From Asterias rubens (taxonomy: Eukaryota), in NCBI RefSeq assembly GCF_902459465.1, contig NC_047071.1:3100001-3164000 (forward strand): a stretch of DNA of 64,000 bases. The letters run 5' to 3'. The position numbers and the translations under genes were made by a program. Each line of letters opens with the position of its first letter. Position 1 is the stretch's first letter. The notes beneath the pieces were generated by a model. That model ran no database searches. It was not told the DNA's origin and was given only the letters and a program-made list of their open reading frames with translations. This document shows, piece after piece, positions 38,081-49,600 of the stretch.

Positions 38081-40672
38081 GACCGGAAACTATGCAGCTA
38101 GCATATCACGTACAAGCTGCAGAGTAACACTCACAGTTTCGCTTATTAGTGCACCTTGTCCCACCAGTATTTACAGCAAGCAATCGCTCAAAAATATTAT
38201 AACAAACTGTAGTTATTAATGAGGCAGATGCGAACGAGTTTGTTTACACACAACAGCGTTGTGTTGATGCTGTTGAGGTCTCGGTCACCAATAATGTTTT
38301 TCTTTTCTTCTAACGGTTTTGCAATGCAGTTCTCAATCGTACAATACACATTATCGACGCATGCTGTCTGCTGTTCCTTTCTCTTTATAGACTTTGTATT
38401 ATTCAGTCACGGGTGAACCAGTTTCATCAAAGATGAACCCCGGTCACGTTGCTCAGGGTTTGATGCTGGCTCTGGGATGGGACGCGTGCTGTGCTTAGAC
38501 TATATACGTGATAATCATATGGTAATCGCTGAAAGGATGCGTCCCATAATAACGGCGACTGATGATGATCGGACAACATCTTCACAGCTACGTCAATTAT
38601 GCCTGGAATGTCCCACAGAGATGCGGCCATTCTCTCACAGTAAACGCACGATAAAAGCAACACATGCAATAGGATGTTGGGCTGGCTGGCGTTGGCGTAG
38701 TCTTGGTCCGAGTCGTCACTATCTCATACTCGTAACGTAACGTAAACGTGATAACACAATAGAGGGCGCGCTTTTGTTCTTGATTTCATTTCGGTTGACG
38801 ACTCTGTGTTCACGGAAAAGCTGGAAATCGAATCAAGAATAGACTTTTGCAAAGCTATAGCGAGCGAAACGGCGCGCTGCCCGTGCATGGTAGCGATGCT
38901 GGGAAATAATTCATGCGAAGGTCTTGGAACCAAGACTACACATCGTTTACGTAGCATTAGATTTTGGGCTGGCCTGGCAGTTGCAGAGCAAGATTTTACG
39001 TTATAGACTCCAAACCTCACACTCGTGAGCGTAGGCAGGACGGAGGTTAGTCTAACAGGAGGGTGCTATTTCAGCAATAATGTATTGGCTATCGGGTAGA
39101 CTAATAGCCACGATCGCAGACTTGAAACCAAGTCTAGATTTACGTAAATAGGTCGACAGAGGACAGAGGAAATTGCCAAAGACAGCAAGAAACTGTAGAC
39201 TCTCTACATCCAGCACTGAAAATTATTGATCATTTGTCATCTTAAACTGAATTGTGTGTCAATATTATGACAGTATATGCGTACTCCCACAAATTGCTTC
39301 CGTTTTGCGTCATTCGCAAATTAACAGAAATAAGAATATATTCGGGAAAATTACATTTCGGGTAAAAACGTCCTGTAACGGTTACATTCAAAAGCTGCTG
39401 ATGGAACAAATTTACAACAAATCTCGGGGTGCACTATAGGCAAAAATTGTGACAAAAAGCATTATTTATAGGTACTCCTTTAGAATAAGAACCCTTTTTT
39501 TTGGGGGGGGGGGGGTCTGCAATAATTAATAGATCGTGTATTTGTATAGCAAGTTATTACCACATTCTGTTCTTCAAAATTGTTAGGAAACCAGGTCAAT
39601 TTAGGCTTTAGGCCTGTGAAGTAGAGTGAGTGATCGGTGAAGACTAGCTGAGAGACTTTTAAATATATTTTGGAGTATTTTTGAATATTGAGCATTTGGT
39701 TGCTTTGGTATTTAGTGGGGTGCATGCATCCCTCGGTCTTGAGCGTTGCCGCTCAAGTGATATACCGCCCTCATGTGACTCAAGACTTCAACGCGTTTTT
39801 TTTTTTTTTTGGGGGGGAGGGGTAAGATGTACACATACACGTCAGATATAACTGCGAATCTCCAGCACCATGAAGGCCATAATATGAAATGATGCAAGGT
39901 CAAAGGTGATTATGTACGTCGGCTCAACAGCAGATCTTTTGCGTAATTCACGAGCCTCTGGCTACGGCAGGAGATCATTCCGTCGCCCTCTCCCCCCCCC
40001 CCCCCCCCCACCCCAAATACTACGAAAGTGTACAAACTACTTTTGATAACAGTGCCCTCTTTTGAATCATCCCCCTTCAGTCCCATGTTAATTTACAATA
40101 TGGTCGACAGAAGCCCCGGCGGACAGATTCCCTGTGAAACCTCGAAGTGTGACGTCAGATGTTCGGGCTAGGACATTGAGGGCATAGTTTTGTTTTGTCA
40201 CGTGGGTTGCTGGACACCCAAAGTGCAGCCTGTTCGTTGTCACCTAATGTGCTGAGAGAATCTTGGCATGCAGCACGTACCACGCGTACCCGTTTCCATT
40301 GCTGGTCATCAAAGATGGTGGTCAGTGACGTCACGGGCCATCCATCTATTGTGTGTATTCTTTGCCATTCAACATTCTCCTATTCGGTTTGACAAGATCG
40401 TTTTATTTCTTGGACCTCCATGCATCGTGTGTATACATGTACAACACGTACGTGCATATTGTGTGATTGTGAGGTAAAATCAGCATCACTGTGTTGCCAT
40501 TAAATTGCTGCTTATTGTTTAAACAATGTATGTTGGTCTAGGTCCCAAAATGTTGGAATACACGCTAGACTTGCAAGGTCTCTTCCCCAGAAAAAAATAA
40601 TTTCGACAATGTAGGAAAGTCTATTCAAGTCAAGAAATTTACTATTTTGCCAAATGTATAATACACCAGGTT

Positions 40673-41021
40673 TTAAAGGCAGTGGGCACTAATGGTAATT
40701 AATAACTCAAAATAATTATTAGCATCAAAAAACATTACTTGGTAACGAGTAATGGGGAGAGGTTGATAAAACATTTTGAGAAACGGCTCCCTCTGAAGTG
40801 GCATAGTTTTCGAGAAAGAAGTCATCTTCCACGAATTGGATTTTGAGACCTCAAGTTTAGAATTTGAGGTCTCGAAATCAAACATCTGAAAGCACACAAC
40901 TTCTCGCAACTTCAACGACCAATCGAGCTCAAATTTTCACAGGCTTGTTATTTTATGCATATGTTGAGATACACCAAGTGAGAAGACTGGTCTTTGGCAA
41001 TTAACAATAGCGTGCCTTTAA
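40673..41021 (-). mobile_element. Kolobok/T2-type MITE, family 1 (reverse orientation)
   Basis: ttaaaggcagtgggcactaatggtaatt ... caatagcgtgcctttaa; the interior is the reverse complement of the 13047-13426 copy. Confidence 0.85.
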
Positions 41022-41104
41022 AATACAAGTTTTTACCCTTGCATGTTGCTGTTTTTGCACACAGCCGTTCGTATATACATTTTCAGACAGTACACTCAGA
41101 CTGA

Positions 41105-41288
41105 AGCCCGGCTCATACTTCCTGCGAATGCGAATGCGATTGATGTGAATTTGACGTCACAACTTTTTTCGCTGTGATATTCGCAAGAGATTTGAGGCGG
41201 CCCCCCCCCCCCTGCGAATTATTCTTTTCGAATTTGTAACGTCGACATTCGCTTCGCATTCGCTTTCGCAAAAAGTATGAACCAGGCT
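41105..41288. mobile_element. MITE with (GCGAAT)n subterminal repeats
   Basis: agcccggctcatacttcctgcgaatgcgaatgcga ... tcgcattcgctttcgcaaaaagtatgaaccaggct. Confidence 0.75.
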
Positions 41289-43278
41289 TACAGGTTGTCA
41301 ACGTCAATTTAACTTTCCTTTAATGTACGGTGCGCATGTACACAAAGGCGTCTGTAAACACTACCATATTTCCAGACTCTCATAAAGGAAGCTGACGAAC
41401 CATGACCTACATGGATTTGTTGTTGTTTCCTTCTGTAATTTTCTTTTAAGGAAACCTAAACCTCAGCAGAGTCAATATACATTGATGCCAGTACTGTTCG
41501 TTCACACTGTACGACACTACACACAACAAGTTTGGACCATGGGGGTATTGGAATAACTTGGTAAGTACCACAGTAAAACCCATGTGAGTGCTTCGCTTGC
41601 CAGAAAAATCTACTCCGTGGTAGTAGAATATAAAGCAAGACAAATTCTTATAAGTACATAATCTACAAGCAAGTAGCGATACAGGTGTTACCACAATCCA
41701 AATACACATTGATACCTCACCGTGCAATTTCTCAAATCCAATTATATGCACTAAGTATTTTCAAACTGGGCGTGGCCGTTTCATAGAAAAAATGGTGTGG
41801 AAAATATCGACTTTGTTTTTATTTATTAATGATATTTTTTACGAGCATTCATATATACATGGGATTGAGGCATTGCATGGTGAGGTATCAATGGTATATT
41901 TGGTTTGCGGTAACACCATGTGTTTTTTTTTTCTTCTTCAAATATCACAATAAATAATCCTAAAACATACAAGAAAAAAGAACAAAAAAAATACGAGGAG
42001 GGCACCATGAAAAAGGCTTATACAGAGCCTGGACCCTTTAAAATATAAATTGAGAACTTGTCTTGCTTTATATTCTGCTTTACCGTGTATAGGATTATTT
42101 TTTTCGGAGTTTGGGAAACTTCTGCAGAGAGTAGATTTGGGGAATTTGGTAGATTTCTCAGTTCTAAGAAGAGCTGTTCTGCATGGTGAGCATTCATAGA
42201 GTTAAGTTATAGCCATTGGCCTAGTGCATATACTCTTTGTCGAACTGCAAAGAAACATTGGTATCGGTTTTTCTTTTCCTACCCCAATGGTTTCACGTAC
42301 TGAATTTACCTGGCTGATTCTCGAATCGCTCAAACTGGAATGTCAAGGATGTGTTAATGCCAATGGACCTTCTATATTTCCCCTTCCTGCTGTTTTTGTT
42401 TCTTTCCGGAAACGGTTTTATCGGTAGTGTCAAAACAATCAATATTAACCTTTTTGAAATAATTATGGTGGCCACTATAGTGCACTATAAAGTTTGGGTG
42501 TTAACAGACAGATTGACCAATACCTTAACAGTGTGAATCCATATCTTAAAATGCTTAAAATGCTTTGCTGACTACTGTGTATTGTTCAGATTCAGATCAA
42601 TGGCGAGACTATAGGGGTGACAAAAAAAGAGGACAGTGCCATGAAGCCACGCCCCTACTCCACTGGTTGGCCTTGTAAAATGTATACATGAATACTTGAA
42701 AGTTTGCATGGTGGAAAGATAATAGACATAGGGTCGAAGGCTTGAGTTGCCACAATGTGGATATATCTCCATTGAGTGATTGGTGGTTTTCCATGGAGAC
42801 TTTAAAGGAACACGTTGCCTTGGATCGGGCGAGTTGGTCTATAAAAAAGCGTTTGTAACCGTTTGTTATAAAATGCATATGGTTGGAAAGATGTTTTAAA
42901 AGTAGAATACAATGATCAACACAAATTTGCCTCGAAATTGCGTGGTTTTCCTTTTCTTTGCGAGCTAACACCGTCGGCCATTTATGGCAGTCAAAAAGTT
43001 GACAACATCTTTCTACCCATATGCATTTTATAACAAACGGTTACCAACGCTTTTCAAAGACCAACTCGACTGATTCCAAGGCAACGTGTTCGTTTAACGG
43101 ACAGTCTGTGTCCGTTGTCCAGGGACTGCTGCACGGGCAACAGGGTCAGGGCATCGGGGGTTGTACAGAGAGAGTGCGGTGGGCCGTAGCTCACTGGCAC
43201 CCCACCCAAGAGGGTACTCTCATCTTCACCCCGTCCCCATTCTGCTATGGAATCCCCAAGGAAGACCTAAAACAAGAC

Positions 43279-43782
43279 GCCGGTGTCAGATGCAATTGTG
43301 TCCGCCATGCAATACTGTCCGCTCCGGACACTTTTGCATATGCAACCGTGTCCGGGGCAATGCAAAAACCGTCCGGTGGACATGTACATGACTGCACATG
43401 TGCGCGCGTAAAACGCGAGCGTGCATGCACTGAACCTACGTATATGCAGCATGAATATTCACGTATGATTGCAGCGAGTACCCAACGGCCGAACATTTCC
43501 CATGTCATTCATGACATCATGATGACATGCACTTAGCTTGTAAACAAAAATGGCGAACGTGTTCCGTCGACCAAGGGCGTTTAATTTACTGCAAGGACGG
43601 TTTTGCACGGGGCGGACATAACTGCATATGCAAATGTGTCCGGGCGGACACAATTGCATTATGCAGCAGCGTCCGGGCTCACAAGATTGCATATGCAAAA
43701 CCGTCCGGCTTACATTATTGCATATGCAATAATGTTCTCCGGATAGTATTGCAAAGAGGACATAATTGCATGCAACACCGGT
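43279..43782. mobile_element. Non-autonomous DNA transposon with TGCATATGCA/GTCCGG subterminal repeats
   Basis: TIR gccggtgtcagatgcaattgtgtcc / ggacataattgcatgcaacaccggt, with repeated tgcatatgca and gtccgg units near both ends. Confidence 0.7.
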
Positions 43783-44976
43783 CCCCTACCTCAGACCTAT
43801 AGGGTCTTATATCCGAGTTACTTCAATCATGGAGGTAAATACAAATATTTCTACCTCCATGCTCCAATTATGGCACATTTTTCTTCACCCCTATAACTGA
43901 TAGTTGACTCCTACTGTCTCTAGCACACTATACATATTTTACAGGTAAGATATATTGCAAGAATAAGAGTGAATTTGCAAAGTCAGCGACGAATAGGGTA
44001 ACACTTTAGGGGCTCAAGTATACTTCTACATCATTTCATGCATGTACATAGTCGACGAGCGGTGAACACATTTATAAAGAAGAAAGGCTAAACAAATATC
44101 CCTTCTTTGTTCCAAGGTTTGCCGACATAATTGATTAATAATGTCAACACGGAAATGTTATGTAATCAAAATTGTTGACGACAACCAACAGCTCTTTCCT
44201 GCAATCTGAGAAGCTTCCTTTCTACTATTTGAAAAATTTTCCCCAAACAGAGCCAGATAATCGAAATTGGCCTTTTGTCAAGGCATTTGTGCCTGGATAG
44301 CTTCGTATAGAGCCGATATCCTAAAGCGACTGGAAGGGGAGACCACGCACCCAGTGGCGTAGCAGCGAGGTTTCGCCACCCGACTCGCTCGCCTCACGGC
44401 TCTACGAAATTGTCAAAGCCCCAAAGGCCTTGACAAAAGGCTAAACAGAAGCAGGGTTGAATGGTCGTAGTGAAAAGAGTGTCTAAAGTAAACGACTGTT
44501 AACTGCGTGCATAAACCTACCTACTGAATATGGGCCTACACCTTGTTGTAGGCAATAGAAATACTGAGATTCCTGTCTCATAATTCCAAGGTGAGGTTAT
44601 TGTCAACAATTACTCCTAGGTAACGAACATTATTTACTTTTTCAAGTTGAGTGCTCTCAAAACGAGTATTCAGGTTGTTGGTATAGTGTGAGTATCGACC
44701 ATAGAGGTAAGGAAATACCTTCATATAAACAGGTATGGAGTTCCTTGCTCTGTGGTTTGACCATGGAGGAAGGTTTGACTATGTGGATAACATGTATATA
44801 GTCAGTAGCTTGACATTTTGTTGCCTTTCTTTTTACGTTATCCACAGATTGAATCGTGATCATGCAGTGATGGGCTTTCGACGTCTGGCATCACAAACCA
44901 ATTACTTGAAGATATTAGTGTTTGGACAATAATATTAGTATGTTCATTTGTTAATTATCAAGTGAAGTATATCAGC

Positions 44977-46164
44977 ATGGCTTCGACTGTAGATACCCTC
45001 AGTATGTTTTCTGCCAACGCCACGAATGACAACGCGACAACACTCGAGTTTACTACTGAAGGGGTATCTTCAAATGACGATATGACATCGCTCAACGATA
45101 CCATGGATGTGATGGGGTTCGTTTTTGACGACATGGTCCAGAGATATATCATCGGTGTGGTCTTCTGCCTGGTGTCTCTGTTTGGTTTCACCGGGAACAC
45201 CATTGTGATTCTTGCCGTGGTGCTGTCCAACAAGCTACAGACGAGGACCAACGTCTTCGTTGTCAACCTCGCCACTGCCGACCTCCTGACTTGTCTCGCC
45301 TCCCCCTTCAACGCCGTGGCTCTCTTCAGCTTAAACGGCTGGCCTTTACCGGAGATCATCTGCTCTTTATCAGGGGCTCTGTTCATCGTGAGCCTCTCTT
45401 GCAGCATCACGAGCCTGGCATGTATCTCAATCAATCGTCTTATCCTCATCACAAAGACATTGAGTACCTATCAATCCATCTACACATCGAAGAAAATAGC
45501 GGCAATGATTGTGTTCACCTGGCTGTACCCGCTACTGATATGCTGCTTGCCACTCTTCGGCATCGGTAGGTGGGGCTACTCCTTCAAGTTCAAAATCTGC
45601 ACCCAAGACAGTAATGTGGAAACCAGTAGAACCTTCTCTCTAATTGGGGCGCTGCTGGTCTACCCAATACCTCTTCTCATCCTTTTTGTGTGTTACTTCA
45701 AGATCTACCGCCACGTCGACGCTCATATAAGGACGCTGACGCAGAAGCGGGCGTCGGAAGTCGAGATGCATGACGAACCGTCGACGTCGTCCAGCCGTGC
45801 CACACCGACGTCGTCAAGCCGTGCCACGCCGAGTAGTCCCAAAAGTCCGAAGCCAACGCTAAAGAGGAGCGCAACGCAGGCAAGCTTGAGCCGGAGGCAG
45901 ACGGCGATTACGAAGAATCTTTTCTTCGTGATGTGTGCGTTTATCGCGTGTCTCGCTCCGTACGCCGTGTCACTCGTCATCAGGAACAGCGATCCTGTTG
46001 TTCCGTGGACCTTCATGATTGTCATCTTCAACAGTGCCATCAACCCGGTCATATACGGCATCAAGCACCCGCACTTCAAGAAGGTGTTCCTGCACATGTT
46101 CCGGTGCCAGTACCACCAGATTCCGGAGCCTTCTAACTTTTTGAAAAGACTGTCAAAACGCTAG
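44977..46164 (+). CDS. Intronless class A (rhodopsin-like) GPCR, moody/Tre1/GPR84/melatonin-receptor-like, 395 aa
   Basis: Single ORF; first ATG at 44977 (the track's 44962 start is GTG). Seven hydrophobic segments, N-terminal N-glycosylation sequons (NAT, NDT), TM1 GN, TM2 NLATADL, TM3 SINRL (NRY-type), TM4 W, TM7 NSAINPVIY. The subfamily call comes from the INR motif and is not certain. Confidence 0.93.
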   Translation: MASTVDTLSMFSANATNDNATTLEFTTEGVSSNDDMTSLNDTMDVMGFVFDDMVQRYIIGVVFCLVSLFGFTGNTIVILAVVLSNKLQTRTNVFVVNLATADLLTCLASPFNAVALFSLNGWPLPEIICSLSGALFIVSLSCSITSLACISINRLILITKTLSTYQSIYTSKKIAAMIVFTWLYPLLICCLPLFGIGRWGYSFKFKICTQDSNVETSRTFSLIGALLVYPIPLLILFVCYFKIYRHVDAHIRTLTQKRASEVEMHDEPSTSSSRATPTSSSRATPSSPKSPKPTLKRSATQASLSRRQTAITKNLFFVMCAFIACLAPYAVSLVIRNSDPVVPWTFMIVIFNSAINPVIYGIKHPHFKKVFLHMFRCQYHQIPEPSNFLKRLSKR

Positions 46165-46266
46165 CAGCGGCATGAGATACTTCTGTTCCAAACGCTTTGA
46201 ACTGTGTGTGGATTTCTTTTGATTGCAACCAATTTTGAACGCCATTCTTCAACCCATGTTTATAAC

Positions 46267-46624
46267 TTAAAGGCAAAGACCAGTATTCTCACTTGGTGTA
46301 TCCCAACATATGCATGAAACAACAAACCTGTGAAAATTTTGACTCAATTGGTCATCGAAATTACAATTAGAGAAAAATGAAAGAAAAAACACCATTGTTG
46401 CGCAAATTTGTGTGCTTTCAGATGCCTATAACTAAAAGGCTTCATGCCTTTTAAGATTTGAGTAAAAAATTACCTCTTTCTCAAAAATAACGTTACTTCA
46501 GAGGGAGCCGTTTCTCACAATGTTTTATGAACTATCAAACTGCTCGAAATTGCTCGTTACCAAGTAATTTGGTTTATGCTAACAATAATTTGGAGTAATA
46601 ACCAATAGTCTCCAGTGTCTTTAA
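46267..46624 (+). mobile_element. Kolobok/T2-type MITE, family 1 (partial copy also at 48582-48785)
   Basis: ttaaaggc...agaccagtattctcacttggtgtatccc ... accaatagtctccagtgtctttaa. Confidence 0.8.
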
Positions 46625-49600
46625 CTTAATAGATGTTAGTTTTGCATCGGGGATAAATAGTATATTTTATTTTTGTTCTACCTTCTGATTTGTTTATTCA
46701 GTACTTTCCTGAGTTCTGTGAACTTCATATTAACCGTTTATGGGACACAAGGGCTGAAATTCGCTTATGACCACAAGTATCCGGCGTAATAGATGTTATA
46801 TAACTATTTTTTACGTGCCTGCGATTATGTTTCTTCAAATACTTTTGTTCAACAAAGTTTCCGCCTATTAACAAATGTTATGCTGTTGGGAAAGAACAAT
46901 TTAACGATGAATTATTATGCCTGTATGAAAGTAAAATGATTTGAACAACTCAACGAAGAAAACCCGAGAAGGGACATTGCCCTTATTTTCCGATTTTGTT
47001 TGTATAATTTAAGAATTTTGCCAAACTTAAACGTTCATGTTGTCATTATGTAATAGCTGAACTCATTAGTTAGTAAACACTTTAAAAATGTTATTTAATT
47101 TGTCTGGTAACCGGTTATCTCGCATAGGCCCTACTACGTTTTAGTTGTGTTTCAATTGTAATAAATCATTTGTATTGTATACAATCTTAAAGTATATTAA
47201 TGAACAATTTGAATGAATGTTTAAATTTTCAAGGATTTTGTATAAATTTTACTCAGATTTGATTTTAATAAAGTGTAAAATTGTTTAATTTACTCAGCAT
47301 GCCTGAAAGTGATACTGTCATGACACACGAGGCAACTTATAGGCAACCATGGTTCCAGTAAACTGCCAAGAAGAAAATACATAGCCAATTTCTCCGTGAA
47401 AACCATTCACATTAATTAGTAGCTACATGCAAATATTTGAATATTTTGAATGGTTTGGGTACTATTTTGTACGACACAGTACACACGGTTTAAATACAAT
47501 GATGGGACTCAGCAAGCTTCCTTTAAAATATTTCTAGCTTTGCTGAGGTGCTGTAGTTTGTTATGTTCGAGTAAAAACAAATCATGAAAACGTCTCAGCA
47601 AGACGAAAATTATTTTAGATAGGTACAACGGATTAACGTGAAAACATTGCTCTGTGATTGTGCCCCTTTTCTCTCAAAAATGTGACAACTAATGAAGCTG
47701 AAACTTCTATATGTAAATTATATTAATACATCTTCATTCACAGTAAGTAAGGATTCATGTCATGACCAAAAGGTACAAGAGGTAGCAACACCCTTGAAAT
47801 GTTGGATAGTGCGTTCGTTTTACAATTATACATGACAAAATCGTGTCTTAATTAGTGACATGTTGAAGCGTAAATAAATAGATTGTACCTGTATAATTAC
47901 ATTGCAGCGCTGCATGGGGCGTCAATTGTCTACATAAATAAATAATGAATGCTAGTTATCCCCAGTAGACGGAGTACCAATTAATCAATCATCCAATGAC
48001 TAATTAAACCATTTCTCCAAAAAGTACATTGACCTGGGGAGTCATATTCATTGATACCCTCAACTAGGCCCTCCTCAGAGATGTTTTTTGGTGGACAGAG
48101 AACTATTTTCACTCATGTACTAGATCATAAAGGATTCTTGAATGTGTGTACGATTTTTATATTTTTATTTACGGTCATAAAAGCATAAATAAAACCATAT
48201 TCGTTCACGATTTCTGTCCATTATATTAAAAAAATTGTTTCCAATATCACACTTTTTACAGTTTGTAAATAATACTTTGACTAAGAGTATAGTATATTGA
48301 AGAAAAAAAGAAACATGTTCGCTTTTTATATAAGTATTAAAATTAAATCGATGTGTTTTGTTACTTCAACCAATTTTTACACAGTCAGACGGCATGGACG
48401 GGTGACACTATTAAATTTAGTGCTTCCCGCCATGTTCATTTACGTACCATCCGGCTCATTTATTTTAATTAGAAAATGATTACACCTTCGCTTTATCTAT
48501 CAACAGTAAAAAGAAGCAATTAAATTTCAATTGACTGGTCAAATAAGATAATTCAAATGTATTACAGGTCGCAAATAATCATTAAAGGCACTGGACACTT
48601 TTTGGTAAAATTAATGTCAAAGACAAGTATTCTCAACATAGGCATCTGTGATCGAAGTTGCAAGAGAATAGTTCAGAAAAAAACACTCTTGTCAATCAAC
48701 TTTGTGTGCTTTCAGGTGGCTAAAAAGGCTCATGTCTTGAAGTCTTTATCAGTTCCAAATATTTGATTGAGAAATTACCTCTTTCTAAAACAATTCGTTA
48801 CATTACCTGTTGTATTTGGTTGCAAAATATTGGCTGCAAGAGTAATTTCATATAAATGAAAAGAAACGATTTGATACATTCAGTACATTGCAATTTAGTA
48901 CACTGTTGTACATTGTTGTGCTACTTAACTTGATATTTTCTTCCTAATTATCCACACCATGCAAACCTTTAAAAGTACTAAAAATTTAATAAGAGTGTAC
49001 TTTTGCTGAAACGTTAAATTTACTACGAAAACCTATATATTAAAAACTCCGAAGTGGTCGAAGATCGTAATAATTTGATTCACTCGTTGTACTTTTGTCA
49101 ATGATTCACGTCGATTGCTTTTTATATCTAGTCAAAAATATACCAACAGTAAACTCTGCTTTCCATGCAGTTTTTGTTGAGTGTACCGTAGGAATTTCAT
49201 ACACGGTAATTATAACCGGGGGCAATTTATGAAATAACGAGAATTACTTATGTTTCATTGCACAAGACAAAAACCCCAAAAGATTCTCAACTCACAAATC
49301 AGTTTTATTTAGTCTTAAAAAAAAAAACCGGAGAAAACGATGCGTAATAAAACGGAAGAAACGAAACATGGGTTGAAAAAAGGGTATTCCCCGAGACATC
49401 ACACTTCATTGAGCACATTTTCGATTCAGAAAAAAAATAAAAATTGGGAGGTGTGGGCTATATTAAACCACTCATTTTGTTGTGCATTTTTTCGATCTTA
49501 TTGGGTAACTTGAGGGGCAAGAGTTCTGAGCGGCAGAGTGGGGGGGGGGGCGCCCCTTACTCAACCCCCTGGTTTATGCTTATGCCTTCTCCCATTTGGT

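Noticed and set aside
40262-40292. TXNIP-type ChoRE upstream of ARRDC (cacgta-c-cacgcg)
   Set aside because: The spacer is 1 bp rather than 5, and the half-sites are imperfect.
43021-43802. Several 60-170 aa ORFs
   Set aside because: They lie inside MITEs with subterminal repeats, with no transposase or other motif.
44958-46136. Antisense and alternative-frame ORFs overlapping the GPCR
   Set aside because: These are shadow ORFs of a GC-rich CDS.
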